This document shows, in pieces, positions 22,016 to 33,425 of a stretch of 64,000 bases of DNA (position 1 is the stretch's first letter; the number at the start of each line of letters is the position of its first letter). The position numbers and the translations under genes were made by a program. Origin of the DNA: Neoconidiobolus thromboides FSU 785. Lineage: Eukaryota; Fungi; Entomophthoromycota. The stretch spans positions 21,856-85,855 of the forward strand of contig MU626345.1 of the NCBI GenBank assembly GCA_025603075.1. The letters are read 5' to 3'. A model generated the notes under the pieces. That model did no database searches. It was given only the letters and a program-made list of their open reading frames with translations, and had not been told where the DNA came from.

Positions 22016-24999
22016 AAATCATTGATACTGTAAAACTTTTAAAAACTTTGTGTATCTTTCAATCTGTGTATTTATTCTTAATATATGTTTAGTAAAGCAT
22101 TTGAGTTATGGGTAAAAGATTGTAATTTTTCAAAGAAAACTGTAGAGGTAACCCAAAAATTCTTTTACTTTTTGTATAATTTAAATTCGTAAAAGTATAT
22201 TATTATAACAATAATATGTCATTATTGTTAAATTGTCTATATTCTTATATGTAAAAAGAATCCACTGCCATAGCCAGAAATATTAATAAATATTAAAGAT
22301 AAATAAAATGAGAACTTTTGAGACTATCAACAAAGTTTATGAAAAATAATATAAAGAAATTACATACTATACAAAAACGGATATATTATTAAAAACTGTA
22401 TTTTATACTGTGTATTATGACTCATCAAATTGAACTAAAAATGAGCACTTTGATAAAAAATAAATTAAGTTTTTTACTTTTTAATTTAAACATCAACTAA
22501 AATTTAACTCTAACGTCATCCCATCCTTAATTTTATCCATGATCTATCCCTAACTTTAAATTAGCCTTAACACTCACCTTAACACTAATCTTTAACTCGT
22601 TATAATAATTACTACCAATAATAGAACTTTGTAGGAATTTTTATCTACCTTTTACAAATGAATTTTTGAATCACAGGTTGATAGATAAGATTAATTCCAA
22701 GTTTGACGAATTATCTAAAAAATAAAAATTCAAGCAAATCTATAATAATTTTCCTTCAACTCTAGAATTTCGTCATTAGATCTCATACTTTTTGATATAC
22801 TATCAAAAAACAAAGTGAAATTTCAACAAAAAAAATTCTTTATTAAGTATTTCTGCCAATAAATACGGAAAATAACAGAATATTTAAACACTCAACTTGT
22901 CTTAAATATTACTCTTTTTGCTCAATTCTTAAGTTATTATATTTCCAATGAAAACTTACTCAGAAAATAAATGAGCCTAAAGTACAAAAAGAAAGAGCTT
23001 CCTTTAGCTTCTACTTTATACAATTAATAAAAATAAAGCTACTTTAATATTGACTATATATTTGTTTTCCCTTTACTACTTATAGTAAATATAATGCATG
23101 CGGTTATTTTTATTAATATTAAGTTTTAACATGCAATTAAAATTACCTTAATGTTTAGTTTAACTTGTTTATTTATGAACTGAAAAGTCGCTTGATAGTA
23201 TAATTCAATTTCTATGCAAAATACCAATAAAATTTATCCACTCATCAATCAACAATTGTTCCTTTATAATATCATCAATGTGATTTATATAATAAAAGTT
23301 TGATGATGTTTTAATAAATTTTTATTAAAATTAATGTAATAGATTGACATCATTTCATAAATCACTAATTTCTACAGTAAACGTTGTATAGCAGCTAATG
23401 AAATAAATTTGTTGATTTTAAACTAAGTTTTGGATAACTGAAAACTTTAAATTTGTATTCAATTAATGAAATATATCGTTTTACCTTTATTTATAGTATG
23501 ATTAATTAAGGAGAGTAAGGTTTATCTTAGTATATATGAAAAGTAGCTTAATTGGTAGAATTTCGGTCTATTTATTTTATTATGTTCCAAGAAAAATAAG
23601 TATAAATTATTATTTTTATTATTATTAATGTTGGAGAAAAAGAGGTAAGAAACCAAATTAATAAAAGGAATAAAAGTAATTACAAATTTAATTAGTTGAT
23701 CGCGATAATAGATAATGATTCATTTGCTTCTTAATACATAATTATATATTATTAAAATATTAATATACAATAACGATGTTAACTAAACAAAAGGAGGGAT
23801 GATATCAACTTCCCCAATCCTGGAGTTTCTCTAACTAACTCCTGATGTTTTTTCAATTTTTTAATGTGAAACTAGGAACCTTTACTAAATTTGTAACTAA
23901 ATACTTCCATTTTTCTTATTAAGAATGAATTATCAATTTTCATTTAAATTAATTTCACTAAAAAAAATTCATAGTGTTTCCTTGAAATCATCCTAATTCA
24001 TTCATTTAAAAGTCGATATCATTGGTTCTTTTCAAGAAAATGGAATCTTTTAAGAAAATAGTAGTTGAAGAAATATCAAACTCATATTACTTATAAATTA
24101 ATAAATAGCAAAAAAAGGAGTTAAAAAAATAAAAGAAACTTAAATAAAGTTACATTAAAAGAAGCTTATTTAATATAGGATTTTATTTAAAATTCAGTTT
24201 TTTATAGTTAGTTAACTGATATCATTATTGATGCAAGTTAATCTATTAACTGTGTTACTATCAATATATTTAGTAATTTAGCGTCAATTTGATTGGTTCG
24301 TGGTGAGCATTAAAAAGCCATTCAAGCAGATAACATTCAGGTTAAATTTTCTAATAATAACAAAAAAATGAAGTCTTAATTTGGAAAGACAAAGTATGAT
24401 TAAAAGATAAATACAAAAAGTATCAATTTGAAAGCCATAAAAGTCGAGTAAAAAATTGAACTTAGAAAATGAAAATAAAAAGAAAATTTTAAGCATCAAC
24501 TTGAAAAAAATTTTCTCTTAAATTAACTTCAAGTAAAAGAAAGTTAAAAATTTTTATTAAAAAAACATCGTGTTTCTTTATAGACCATCTGCTCCTTTTT
24601 AGGTTTGCTTTTGGAAAGAGATTTTAAAGGGTTCAACTACCGTTCATCAATTTAGACTTGTTTTATATCACTTAAAGCGTTCATCTACCTAACAAACAAA
24701 GTATTTTTTAATCCTTATTGACTTTATCTTCAGCTTACCACCTTATCCTTTGTTTCTTTTATTTCAGTATGCAGCTTAAGCTTTAAATCAGCTTCCCCTG
24801 CGTATCGTTTTATATTCGTATTGGTTAATTTTTACTTTTAAGTGTTTTCTTTCAAATTCACTTAAAGGTGTATCATCACTTTGAGCTTTTATAATATCAA
24901 TTTATCTTCTCCAACAACTTTCTTTTAAAAGAAAAAATTTCAATTTCTCCTAAACCTCATTTACCCTTTAATTGTCCTTAGTTTAATTAAATAAAATCA

Positions 25000-27081
25000 A
25001 TGTCTACTTTATTTAATAAACATCATCCTAACCCTCATCCACCCAGTAAGCGTCATGTACTTACCCTCCATGAAAAGGTACAGGTACTAAAATTTATGGA
25101 ATCTCATCCGGATGTCCCAATTCAGGAAATATGCGCCAAATTTTCATCCAATCCACGTACATTAAAGCGTATCTGTGACCGACGTGAAACTTTGTTACAA
25201 TTAGCTCCAGGTGATCGTCGATTATTGCGTACACGTATCACTAAAGGTACTTGTCAACCCGTTGAAATCTGTTTACTAAAATGGATAGATTCTTTAAATT
25301 TTAATAATTTACCACTACAGAATCACACACTTCAAGCACGTGCTAAATACTTTTTATCATTAGTTAAATTGTATCTACCCAATGTACCTTCGTTAGCTGC
25401 TTCCAATGGTTGGATTAATCGCTTTAAAATTCGCAATTCTATTGATGTGAAACAAATTAATTGTGCTCGTTTTAATTCATTTAAAGAGGAACTAGAACCT
25501 GCAAGAAATAAGTTACAAAACTTGATATCCACTTTTGATTTCAATGATGTATTTGTTTTAGGTTCTACTATGCTTTATCATTCCTTTATCCCCAATCCAC
25601 CAAATGTTAATAGTAATAATAATATTATTAATCATGCTACTGATTCAGAACTCCTTCCACCAATACCACCAACGGATAAATTATCTTTATTCTTATGTTC
25701 TAATGCTACGGGTACTGATAAATTATTACCTTCTGTATTATTACCTGATAATTGTAATAAAGAGGAATTTGACTCGTTATTAATTGAGCTTATCCAAGGA
25801 TCCAATGGGTGGGTATCTCAATTTACTTTCACTTCCTGGTTTAATTACTTCCAAAGTTATATTGGAATTAAAAGAAAAGTATTATTGATATTAGAATATC
25901 AATATAAGGAATGTTATATCTCATCTAAATTTGAAGAATTATATCCTAATATTCAAGTTTCTTTTTTACCTGAATTTCATTCCAATCTTTTAAATCCATT
26001 CTCTTTAGGTTTAATTAAGTCATTCAAATCTTACTATAGAACTTATCTAATTAAACAAGTACTCTCTTCTACTGATATTCAATTGAACCACAACTTTGAA
26101 ACTTTCCATATTGACTTAAAAGAAGCAATGGAATTTATTCAGCTGGCTTGGGAGAATGTAACTTGTAATACAATACATGAAGCTTGGTTTAAATCGAATA
26201 TAGTACCACCTCAATATTATTTAAATAGTCCCATTATTTATACGGATTTTGATCCTATCAAACAATTATTTGATAATAATCCTACATTAAATCAATATAT
26301 TGGAAATTATGACGTATTAGATCGGATTTATATGGATAAACCAGCTTGTTTTCCAACAGAAAATGAATTACTTTTTGTGGAAGAATCACTCTCTTTTTTT
26401 AAAGAAGCCCATCCACCTTCTCCACCTTCAGGTAATTTGAAACAAAACAAATGTAAATTTAAAGAAAATGAATTATCAAAAGAAGAGTTAATAATGGAAA
26501 CTACAAAACACCCGGTTATTAATAATAATAATAATAATGAATTTATAAACTATAATAATAATAATTCAAGTTCAACTAATAATAATTTATTAAATGATCC
26601 ATTATTTAATAATTTATTTAATGAATTTAATCCATTAGATTTAACTTCTAATAATAATAATAATAATAATAATTGGAATTTATCAACTATATGTAATGAT
26701 ATTTCCAATATGACTAGTGTTAGCACTTCACTTTATACAACTGCACCATTTCTACCTTATAATGAATTCAATGGCCTATTTGATTATAATTATATGATGG
26801 AGTTACCTAAAATTGATACAACAATACAACCTTATCCAACTACATCTACACCAGCGCCATCTCCATTCTTAGAACAAAATAAAGAAGAAGAGAATTGTAA
26901 TATTAATGGAATTAATAATCTACCACCTAGTATAAATGAAATTAATAATGTAGATATGTTATTAAGTTTATTAAAATCTCATTTAAGTCAAGGATTTCCT
27001 GTTCCTGATTCAGTTAATGAAGCACTTGATTTAGTTTCAAATTATGTTCACCAGTTTGATCCAAATAATAAGGGAAATTAG
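25000..27081 (+). CDS. CENP-B/Tc5(pogo)-derived protein: two HTH domains, inactivated DDE_1 domain, Asn-rich tail
   Basis: KRHVLTLHEKVQVL and ASNGWINRFKIR HTH motifs. LCSNATGTDKL, RKVLLILE and FLP...LLNPFSLGLIKSFKSYYR match the DDE_1 layout, with the catalytic Asp positions substituted. Confidence 0.85.
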   Translation: MSTLFNKHHPNPHPPSKRHVLTLHEKVQVLKFMESHPDVPIQEICAKFSSNPRTLKRICDRRETLLQLAPGDRRLLRTRITKGTCQPVEICLLKWIDSLNFNNLPLQNHTLQARAKYFLSLVKLYLPNVPSLAASNGWINRFKIRNSIDVKQINCARFNSFKEELEPARNKLQNLISTFDFNDVFVLGSTMLYHSFIPNPPNVNSNNNIINHATDSELLPPIPPTDKLSLFLCSNATGTDKLLPSVLLPDNCNKEEFDSLLIELIQGSNGWVSQFTFTSWFNYFQSYIGIKRKVLLILEYQYKECYISSKFEELYPNIQVSFLPEFHSNLLNPFSLGLIKSFKSYYRTYLIKQVLSSTDIQLNHNFETFHIDLKEAMEFIQLAWENVTCNTIHEAWFKSNIVPPQYYLNSPIIYTDFDPIKQLFDNNPTLNQYIGNYDVLDRIYMDKPACFPTENELLFVEESLSFFKEAHPPSPPSGNLKQNKCKFKENELSKEELIMETTKHPVINNNNNNEFINYNNNNSSSTNNNLLNDPLFNNLFNEFNPLDLTSNNNNNNNNWNLSTICNDISNMTSVSTSLYTTAPFLPYNEFNGLFDYNYMMELPKIDTTIQPYPTTSTPAPSPFLEQNKEEENCNINGINNLPPSINEINNVDMLLSLLKSHLSQGFPVPDSVNEALDLVSNYVHQFDPNNKGN

Positions 27082-27478
27082 TAAAAGTAATAGTTTGTAT
27101 AACCTCATTTTCTTAACTTTGTTTTGCTAAATAAAAAATCATGCTTGTAATATATGAATATTATTATTATTTTAAGTTTTATTTATTTTAGTTTATATTA
27201 AAACAAATGTCAAATAAGAATAAATTTAATTAAAGAATTTATTAAAGAATTTATTTTAGTTTAAATTAAATTTTTAAATATCAAATAATAAATGAAACAA
27301 TTTTAATTACTCTTTGTTAATAAATATTTATTTTTAGTATAAAAAAATAGATGGATTAATTTTCAAATGTTTTTTAACGTCTACTAAAAAAACATGCTAT
27401 TTTTGCAACAAACTTTGCTTTTTGATTTTTAACTTTTTTCAATAATTAACAATTAATTAACATAAAATAAAATAAATT

Positions 27479-29152
27479 ATGAGTACTTTAATCCGCGCTT
27501 TATATGAACGTTATAATAAAAAAGAGGAATATGAAAATGATAGTAATAGAAACTATTTACAACATAATCCATTTAATGCAAAAAAACAAATGATACAAAA
27601 TTTGATTACAGTTATCATTAAGATTCTTAAACCATTACTAAAAGTAAGTTTAATTGGAATATTATTAGATTTATTACCAACAATATTAAAATTAAAAAAA
27701 GTCAATTTAAATATCAATACTTTGATAAACAAAATATCAATGAATGCTTCTTTTATTCAATCCATCTTTTCATTTTTTAAACAATATCCTAAACGTAACT
27801 CTTGGATAACTGCTTTATTTTTTTCTACTTTATCAGTTCAATTGATTTCACCAACAATACCAAAATATCCTATTGAAGATAATAGTAAAGTATTATTAAA
27901 TAATTCATTAAAGATTACACTAGACAATAAATTAGCATTAAGTCGACTTGAATTTGAATTAATAGTAAAACAATTTCTAGCTAATTTTGTTAGTGTAGGT
28001 CTAGGTATTTATTTATTAAGATTTACTAAGTTTCAAAAAGAAAGGTTTTTAAAAAGTAAACATCATTTAGCTACAGCCTTTTACTTTTTTATTCAAGCAA
28101 TTTATTCTCTGTGGTCATTTCAAAAATTAAGAACAATCAAATTGTTAAAGCCATGGAATATAGTCACTCCTTGGTTGAATTTTAATTTGAATTTAATTGG
28201 TAATTTTTCAGAAATAGTATTATTCTCATTCTCTAGTTATGTTGTTATGATTAATTGGTTTTATAATCCAACCACATTACCGAATTCCTTTGTTCGTTGG
28301 ATTAATTCGTTTGCTGAGATTGATTCTAGATTATTAGATTATTTAAGGGGATTAGAATTCAATATGATAAAAGAAGGTCAACATTCAGATATTTTAAAAG
28401 ATTACTGTGAATCTAAAAGTATTAATCCAACATCAGGTGATCCTTATTATGGTTTATTAAGTTGTAATTTATTACATCCATTGACTGGTAATAATTGTCA
28501 ACAACATATTTATTATCGATTTATTTCTGCTTTTATTAAGTCTTTAATTACTATGTATATTCCATTAAATTTATTCACTTTTATTTTAAATTATCTATTT
28601 AAAAAAAATCATAATTTAAATCATAAGGATTCAACTAATCCTTCTTCTTCTTCTTCTTCTTCTTCTTCTTCTATTATTACTATATTAAAACAAAAAGTTT
28701 TATATCCTTCTTTACAATCTTCTGCTTTTTTAGCTACCTTTATAGCTACTATGTTTGGTACTATTTGTCTTGCGCGAAACCAGTTAAAAACAGATCGATA
28801 TGATGCACGACTTGGATCTTTAATGAGTGGTTTTACTTCCATATTAATTGAATCCCCATCTCGTCGATTACCATTGACATTATACTTATTACCTAGAGCT
28901 TTAGTTAGTTTATATTATAATTATTGCTTAAAATATATACCAGCTCAATATCTGGATACTCCCTTGTTGACAATGTCATTGGCTACTTTATTAACTTGTT
29001 ATAAATTACAACCCAAAAGTTTATTGCCTCCTTTACAGACGATTTTAAATTGGATTTTTGATAAAAGAAGTGATCTATTGGATAAAGATGGCTCCCCTAA
29101 TTCAACACCTACCCCGGAAACCTGCATGGAGATGATATCGGATGATTTATGA
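27479..29152 (+). CDS. TMEM135-like (Tim17-related/peroxisomal) membrane protein
   Basis: SFAEIDSRLL, C.LLHP...C..H, QSSAFLATF and SILIESPSRRLPLTLYLLPRAL motifs. Confidence 0.75.
   Translation: MSTLIRALYERYNKKEEYENDSNRNYLQHNPFNAKKQMIQNLITVIIKILKPLLKVSLIGILLDLLPTILKLKKVNLNINTLINKISMNASFIQSIFSFFKQYPKRNSWITALFFSTLSVQLISPTIPKYPIEDNSKVLLNNSLKITLDNKLALSRLEFELIVKQFLANFVSVGLGIYLLRFTKFQKERFLKSKHHLATAFYFFIQAIYSLWSFQKLRTIKLLKPWNIVTPWLNFNLNLIGNFSEIVLFSFSSYVVMINWFYNPTTLPNSFVRWINSFAEIDSRLLDYLRGLEFNMIKEGQHSDILKDYCESKSINPTSGDPYYGLLSCNLLHPLTGNNCQQHIYYRFISAFIKSLITMYIPLNLFTFILNYLFKKNHNLNHKDSTNPSSSSSSSSSSIITILKQKVLYPSLQSSAFLATFIATMFGTICLARNQLKTDRYDARLGSLMSGFTSILIESPSRRLPLTLYLLPRALVSLYYNYCLKYIPAQYLDTPLLTMSLATLLTCYKLQPKSLLPPLQTILNWIFDKRSDLLDKDGSPNSTPTPETCMEMISDDL
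28643..28672 (+). repeat. (TCT)10 coding microsatellite (poly-Ser)
   Basis: Seen directly. Confidence 0.95.
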
Positions 29153-29358
29153 ATATTATTTGTTTGTTTTTTGGATATTAGTTTATATTAGAAGTTAATA
29201 AAGTCAAATTTTTAATAAGAATAGAATCTAAAATTATTTATTTAGTTATATTTTATTTATTTTTAAAATTGATTCATTTTAAATATATATTCTATAAAAA
29301 AGCTATCCTCCTTCTTCCTCTTCTTCTTCTTATTATTCTATAAACTTCTCCTTTACAT

Positions 29359-31704
29359 TTAATCAAAATCCGAGTCTTGATCTGAGGTAACTTGAATAGC
29401 AGCAAATGGATTGGAAGTGGTTGTTTCATTTTCATTAAGATTTTCAATTTGTTCACCACCCATTTGAGTACTTTGTTGGTTATCTTCTGGATTATCATTA
29501 AGTGTAAGATCTTCTAATAATTCAGCTAATTTAATTTCTGGGAAACCATCCTCACCACCCATATCAGCATCTGAATCTTCCATTTCAGCATAAGCATCAT
29601 CCATATCTTCTTCTTCTTCAACTGCTTCAAGAGTATTTAATTGTGCTTGTTCATCTAATATTAAATATTAATATTAATATTAATATATATATATTTAAAT
29701 TATTACCTTTGTAAAGATTAATATTTGATCTCATTTCTGGATCTTCTTCAATATCACGTAAAAACATTTCAAAATCATTTCTATTAAATAAAATATAAAT
29801 AAATAAACTTTTTATAATAATAATCAAACTTACTCTGCTTTTTCAGCATCAATTTTACGCATCTTAAGGTCAGCGTCATCTTTAACCAAAGATTTAACTT
29901 TCCAATATCTTTTCTTATTCTTCTTACGACGATTAGAGTAACTCTTTTTAATTAATACCTAATTTAATTAATTAAATAAACAAATACAAAATACTAATAC
30001 ATAATACTATTATTATTATGAAAAAATAGACTTACAATATTAGGTGTATGTTCTTGATTAAGTGAATCATAATTGGAATCATTTAAATTGGAATTAGTAA
30101 GATCGTAACTAATTAAATTATTATCAATTAAACAATAATAAAAATTCAATATTAAATTACCCATAAACTAAATCTCCATAATTTAAGATTGAACCAAGAT
30201 GAGTACGAGTATGATAAGTTGTATCATTTCGACCAAAATCTTGAATTCTTGCAACTTGAACATCAGCAAGCGCATACTATTGAATTAATTAATTAATTAG
30301 TTAAGATAATAAATTATTATTTATAAATAAAAGACAAATACTTACTTTCCCACGAGTATAACCGGAATGATCAATATCAACTACAACAAATTCAACTAAA
30401 TCACCATGGGTGCATAGTGCATTAAATGGATAACGGTAATAAACAGTATTAGAAATATCAGCATCTAAAAAAATATTCATTAATTATCAAAAAAACTCCC
30501 TTCTCACATTAATAATTATTTACGATTTAATGTGTTTGGATCAATAACATGAATCGAATTACTGACACGGGATACAATACATAATGGACTATATAAAAAA
30601 ATATTAATATCAATATTTTAAAAAATTATTATAAAAAATTTACTTAATATTTCCTAGTGATCTAGCCGTTTTCAAAGGTAAACAAACTAGATCATCTTTA
30701 CAAATAGGTGAAATTTCCATTGAATAAGTAAATTTAAAATTAGAAGAACCAGTATGAGTATCTGAAGAAATCAATTGTTCCGATGTTTTAACTCTAAAAT
30801 AAAATAAAAACACATATTAAAACCCTTCCATTTATAACCGATCATTAAGGTAATAACTCACCTTCCAGGTACAACGGAAAGTAAAAACTCACTCATTCTA
30901 ATAGCATGTGAACGAGAAACATAAAAAAAATCGATACCATCTTTAGCTTCTTTAATATTAGTAGTTTCTTTATGGGCATTATGTTTTAAGATTAATTGTT
31001 CTAAAAATAAAAAGGTACGTTTATGAGAAACCTAAATAAATAAATATCAAATTAATAAACATGTTAAACTTAAATTTTTAAACGTTAAAACATTAAAGAA
31101 AAACTTACTTTTTGTCTCACTTGGACTACTGCTTTCCATGTATTTTTGGCCATAATTTTAGTACAATCATCACATTGTTGATTAGCAACCACAAATTCTA
31201 CTTCAAATGTTTGTTGAAGGATAGTAGCTGCAAAGACCTAATATAAATAAAATTAATAAACCAATCTATCAAAACAAACAGCATTGTTTACCTCTTTTTG
31301 AATAGTTAATTTCACTTTAATTCTTCTCGAATGTGGTTCTGTCCAAATAAACCCAGCATCGATCAATCGTACCTGTTTCAATCCTTTGAGTTTCTTAATA
31401 CAAAGCGCTAATAATTCACGAGATTCTAAAGTACATAATACCCAATGACTTGGTGGTTGAAGATAACGCTCACAATTACGACAGAAATGTAACGTCCCAT
31501 TCTTGGGGATACCATCCGTGATATCTACTTCATTACGGATACAGTTAACGCACATGTTCGCTGGATTCGGCGGGATGGCTGTACCGCAACCGCAACATAA
31601 GCTAGAGTAAGTTATGGATTAAAAAGTGCTTTTTTTAGAGATTTAAGAGAGTATACTTACATCACTTGTTCCGTTTGTATAGGATTATATTGATTATATT
31701 CCAT
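29359..31704 (-). CDS. NMD3: 60S ribosomal export protein, multi-exon
   Basis: CCGCGTAIPPNPANMCVNCI, FCRNCERYLQPP and DAGFIWTEPHSRRIKVKLTIQKEV; acidic tail with LAELLEDLTL NES. ATG at 31704. Confidence 0.95.
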
Positions 31705-31920
31705 TTTTTAAATGTTTTAGGTTTTAATTTAAAAAAGAATAAAAAACTTTCAAAGCTTTTGAAACTGCGATTTATATTCCAAAAAAACTTGGTGGTTTTA
31801 TTGGTTGTTAGGATTAGAAATTTGGAAATTTTCGATATAATTTTTGTTTATTTAAAAGTGCTTAAAAGCTGGATTATTAATATAAGAGTACTAAGGATAC
31901 AATAAGAATCGATAGAAATT

Positions 31921-33165
31921 ATGGCTAATAAAAGAGTTAAACCAAAGGCAATACCAGATATTTATAATGATAAAGAGGAAGGGTAAGTCAATAATAATAA
32001 TAATTCAATTTAGTTTTTATAACTTCTAAATTAATACTAACAATTTTAACTAGTCGAGATTTTGATCCTAAACAAGGAGAAGTTGTATCGGATGTACCAA
32101 AGAGATTTCAACGGATAATGAATCAAAAAGAATACCAAATTAAAGCAAAGGAATTAAAAAAGAAAGGTAAATATTTAACGAAACTTTATATGATGGTTAA
32201 TAGATAGAAGTCAATTAGAGTTCAAACAAGGTGGTAAAATAGAGGTAATTTTAAAAACTATGGAGTTCTAATACAGTTTAATAATGTTTATTATGATTAA
32301 TTTTAGAAGAAAAAAGAAAAATTAGAAAAATTAGAAAACGAAAGTTTGAGACAGTTTAATAAGTAAGTTTTTATATAAAAGGATAGAATATATGGGGATG
32401 TCTTTTTGGTTTCATTACTTTTTCCATTTTTTAAGTGCTATTTGAGCGGAAAAATTGTTAGTAAAATTGATAAGCAAAAAAAACACATCCCCATATGCTA
32501 TTATTTTATTATCAATTAAAATATAATAAATTGATACTAATATTGTAAATATAGACGAGTGGAACTCACCTTAGGACATAGTAAATCAATGTTTAAAGAA
32601 GCTGTTGTTGGTAAATCACAAAAAAAAGAAAAGTAGGACTATACTATCTTTAAAAAAAGTAAACTAAATCGCTTCTTCTCTTTTATAGACGTAAACAAAA
32701 ACAAATATTAGAAAAACAAGCTTTATTAGAATTACAACAACAAGAAAATGATCGAAAAGATTTTAATAAGCTAACAGATAAAGTGAAATTCGGTGAAGTA
32801 GCTATGGCACCACCTACATTAAGTGCTAAACCAAAAGATCGAGCTAAGGTAAACCAAATTAAAATTTTCATTTAAAATATATCTTATAGCACATTCTCTT
32901 TTGATTAAAAGGAACATTAACAATTAATTTGTTTAAATGTTATATGCTAACGTTTTCTTGTTTTATATAGAACCGTCGTGAACTTATCAATAAGATGCAA
33001 AATACTGGCAAAAAGACAATTAACAATCAACCTATAAATAGAGAAAGAGTGGGACCTAAAATTGAGAAATCACCAGCAGAAAAAAGAATTTTGGAACAAG
33101 AAAGAAGTAGAGTTGTGGACATGTATCGTAGATTAAAAAAAGAAAAATTAGAACAACAGCAATAG
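31921..33165 (+). CDS. CCDC137-like basic coiled-coil (likely nucleolar) protein, multi-exon
   Basis: Spliced exons give ESLRQFN(K)RVE, DKVKFGEVAMAPPTL and LEQERSRVVDMYRRLK, which resemble CCDC137 motifs. Confidence 0.68.
32394..32492 (-). mobile_element. MITE copy 12 (inside intron 32363-32554)
   Basis: ATAT[GGGGATGT...ACATCCCC]ATAT. Confidence 0.92.
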
Positions 33166-33425
33166 AAATAAAAGAAAGTGGAATAAATTCAATGTTACAA
33201 ATAACAAATTTAGTTTGGCCTTTTTCTTTTGATAGATTGGGTATATTAGCTGTAGTGTGAAGTTGATGTTTCTGAATTTATTGACAGCATTTTATCTTAT
33301 CATTTTTGACTAAAATATAAAAACTATTTAAAATATTATAATATACAAAATTAATTAAAATGATATCAACTTAATAAATAAATATTTTTTATTAATGCCT
33401 TAGTTTACATTTATATTAACCTTAG

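Noticed and set aside
22600-22950. Partly open frame IELCRNFYLPFTNEFLNHRLIDKINSKFDELSK
   Set aside because: Short, interrupted by stops and with no recognisable motif, so it cannot be supported as a pseudogene.
26519-26675. AAT microsatellites in the CENP-B-like gene
   Set aside because: Ordinary poly-Asn tracts, typical of AT-rich genomes.
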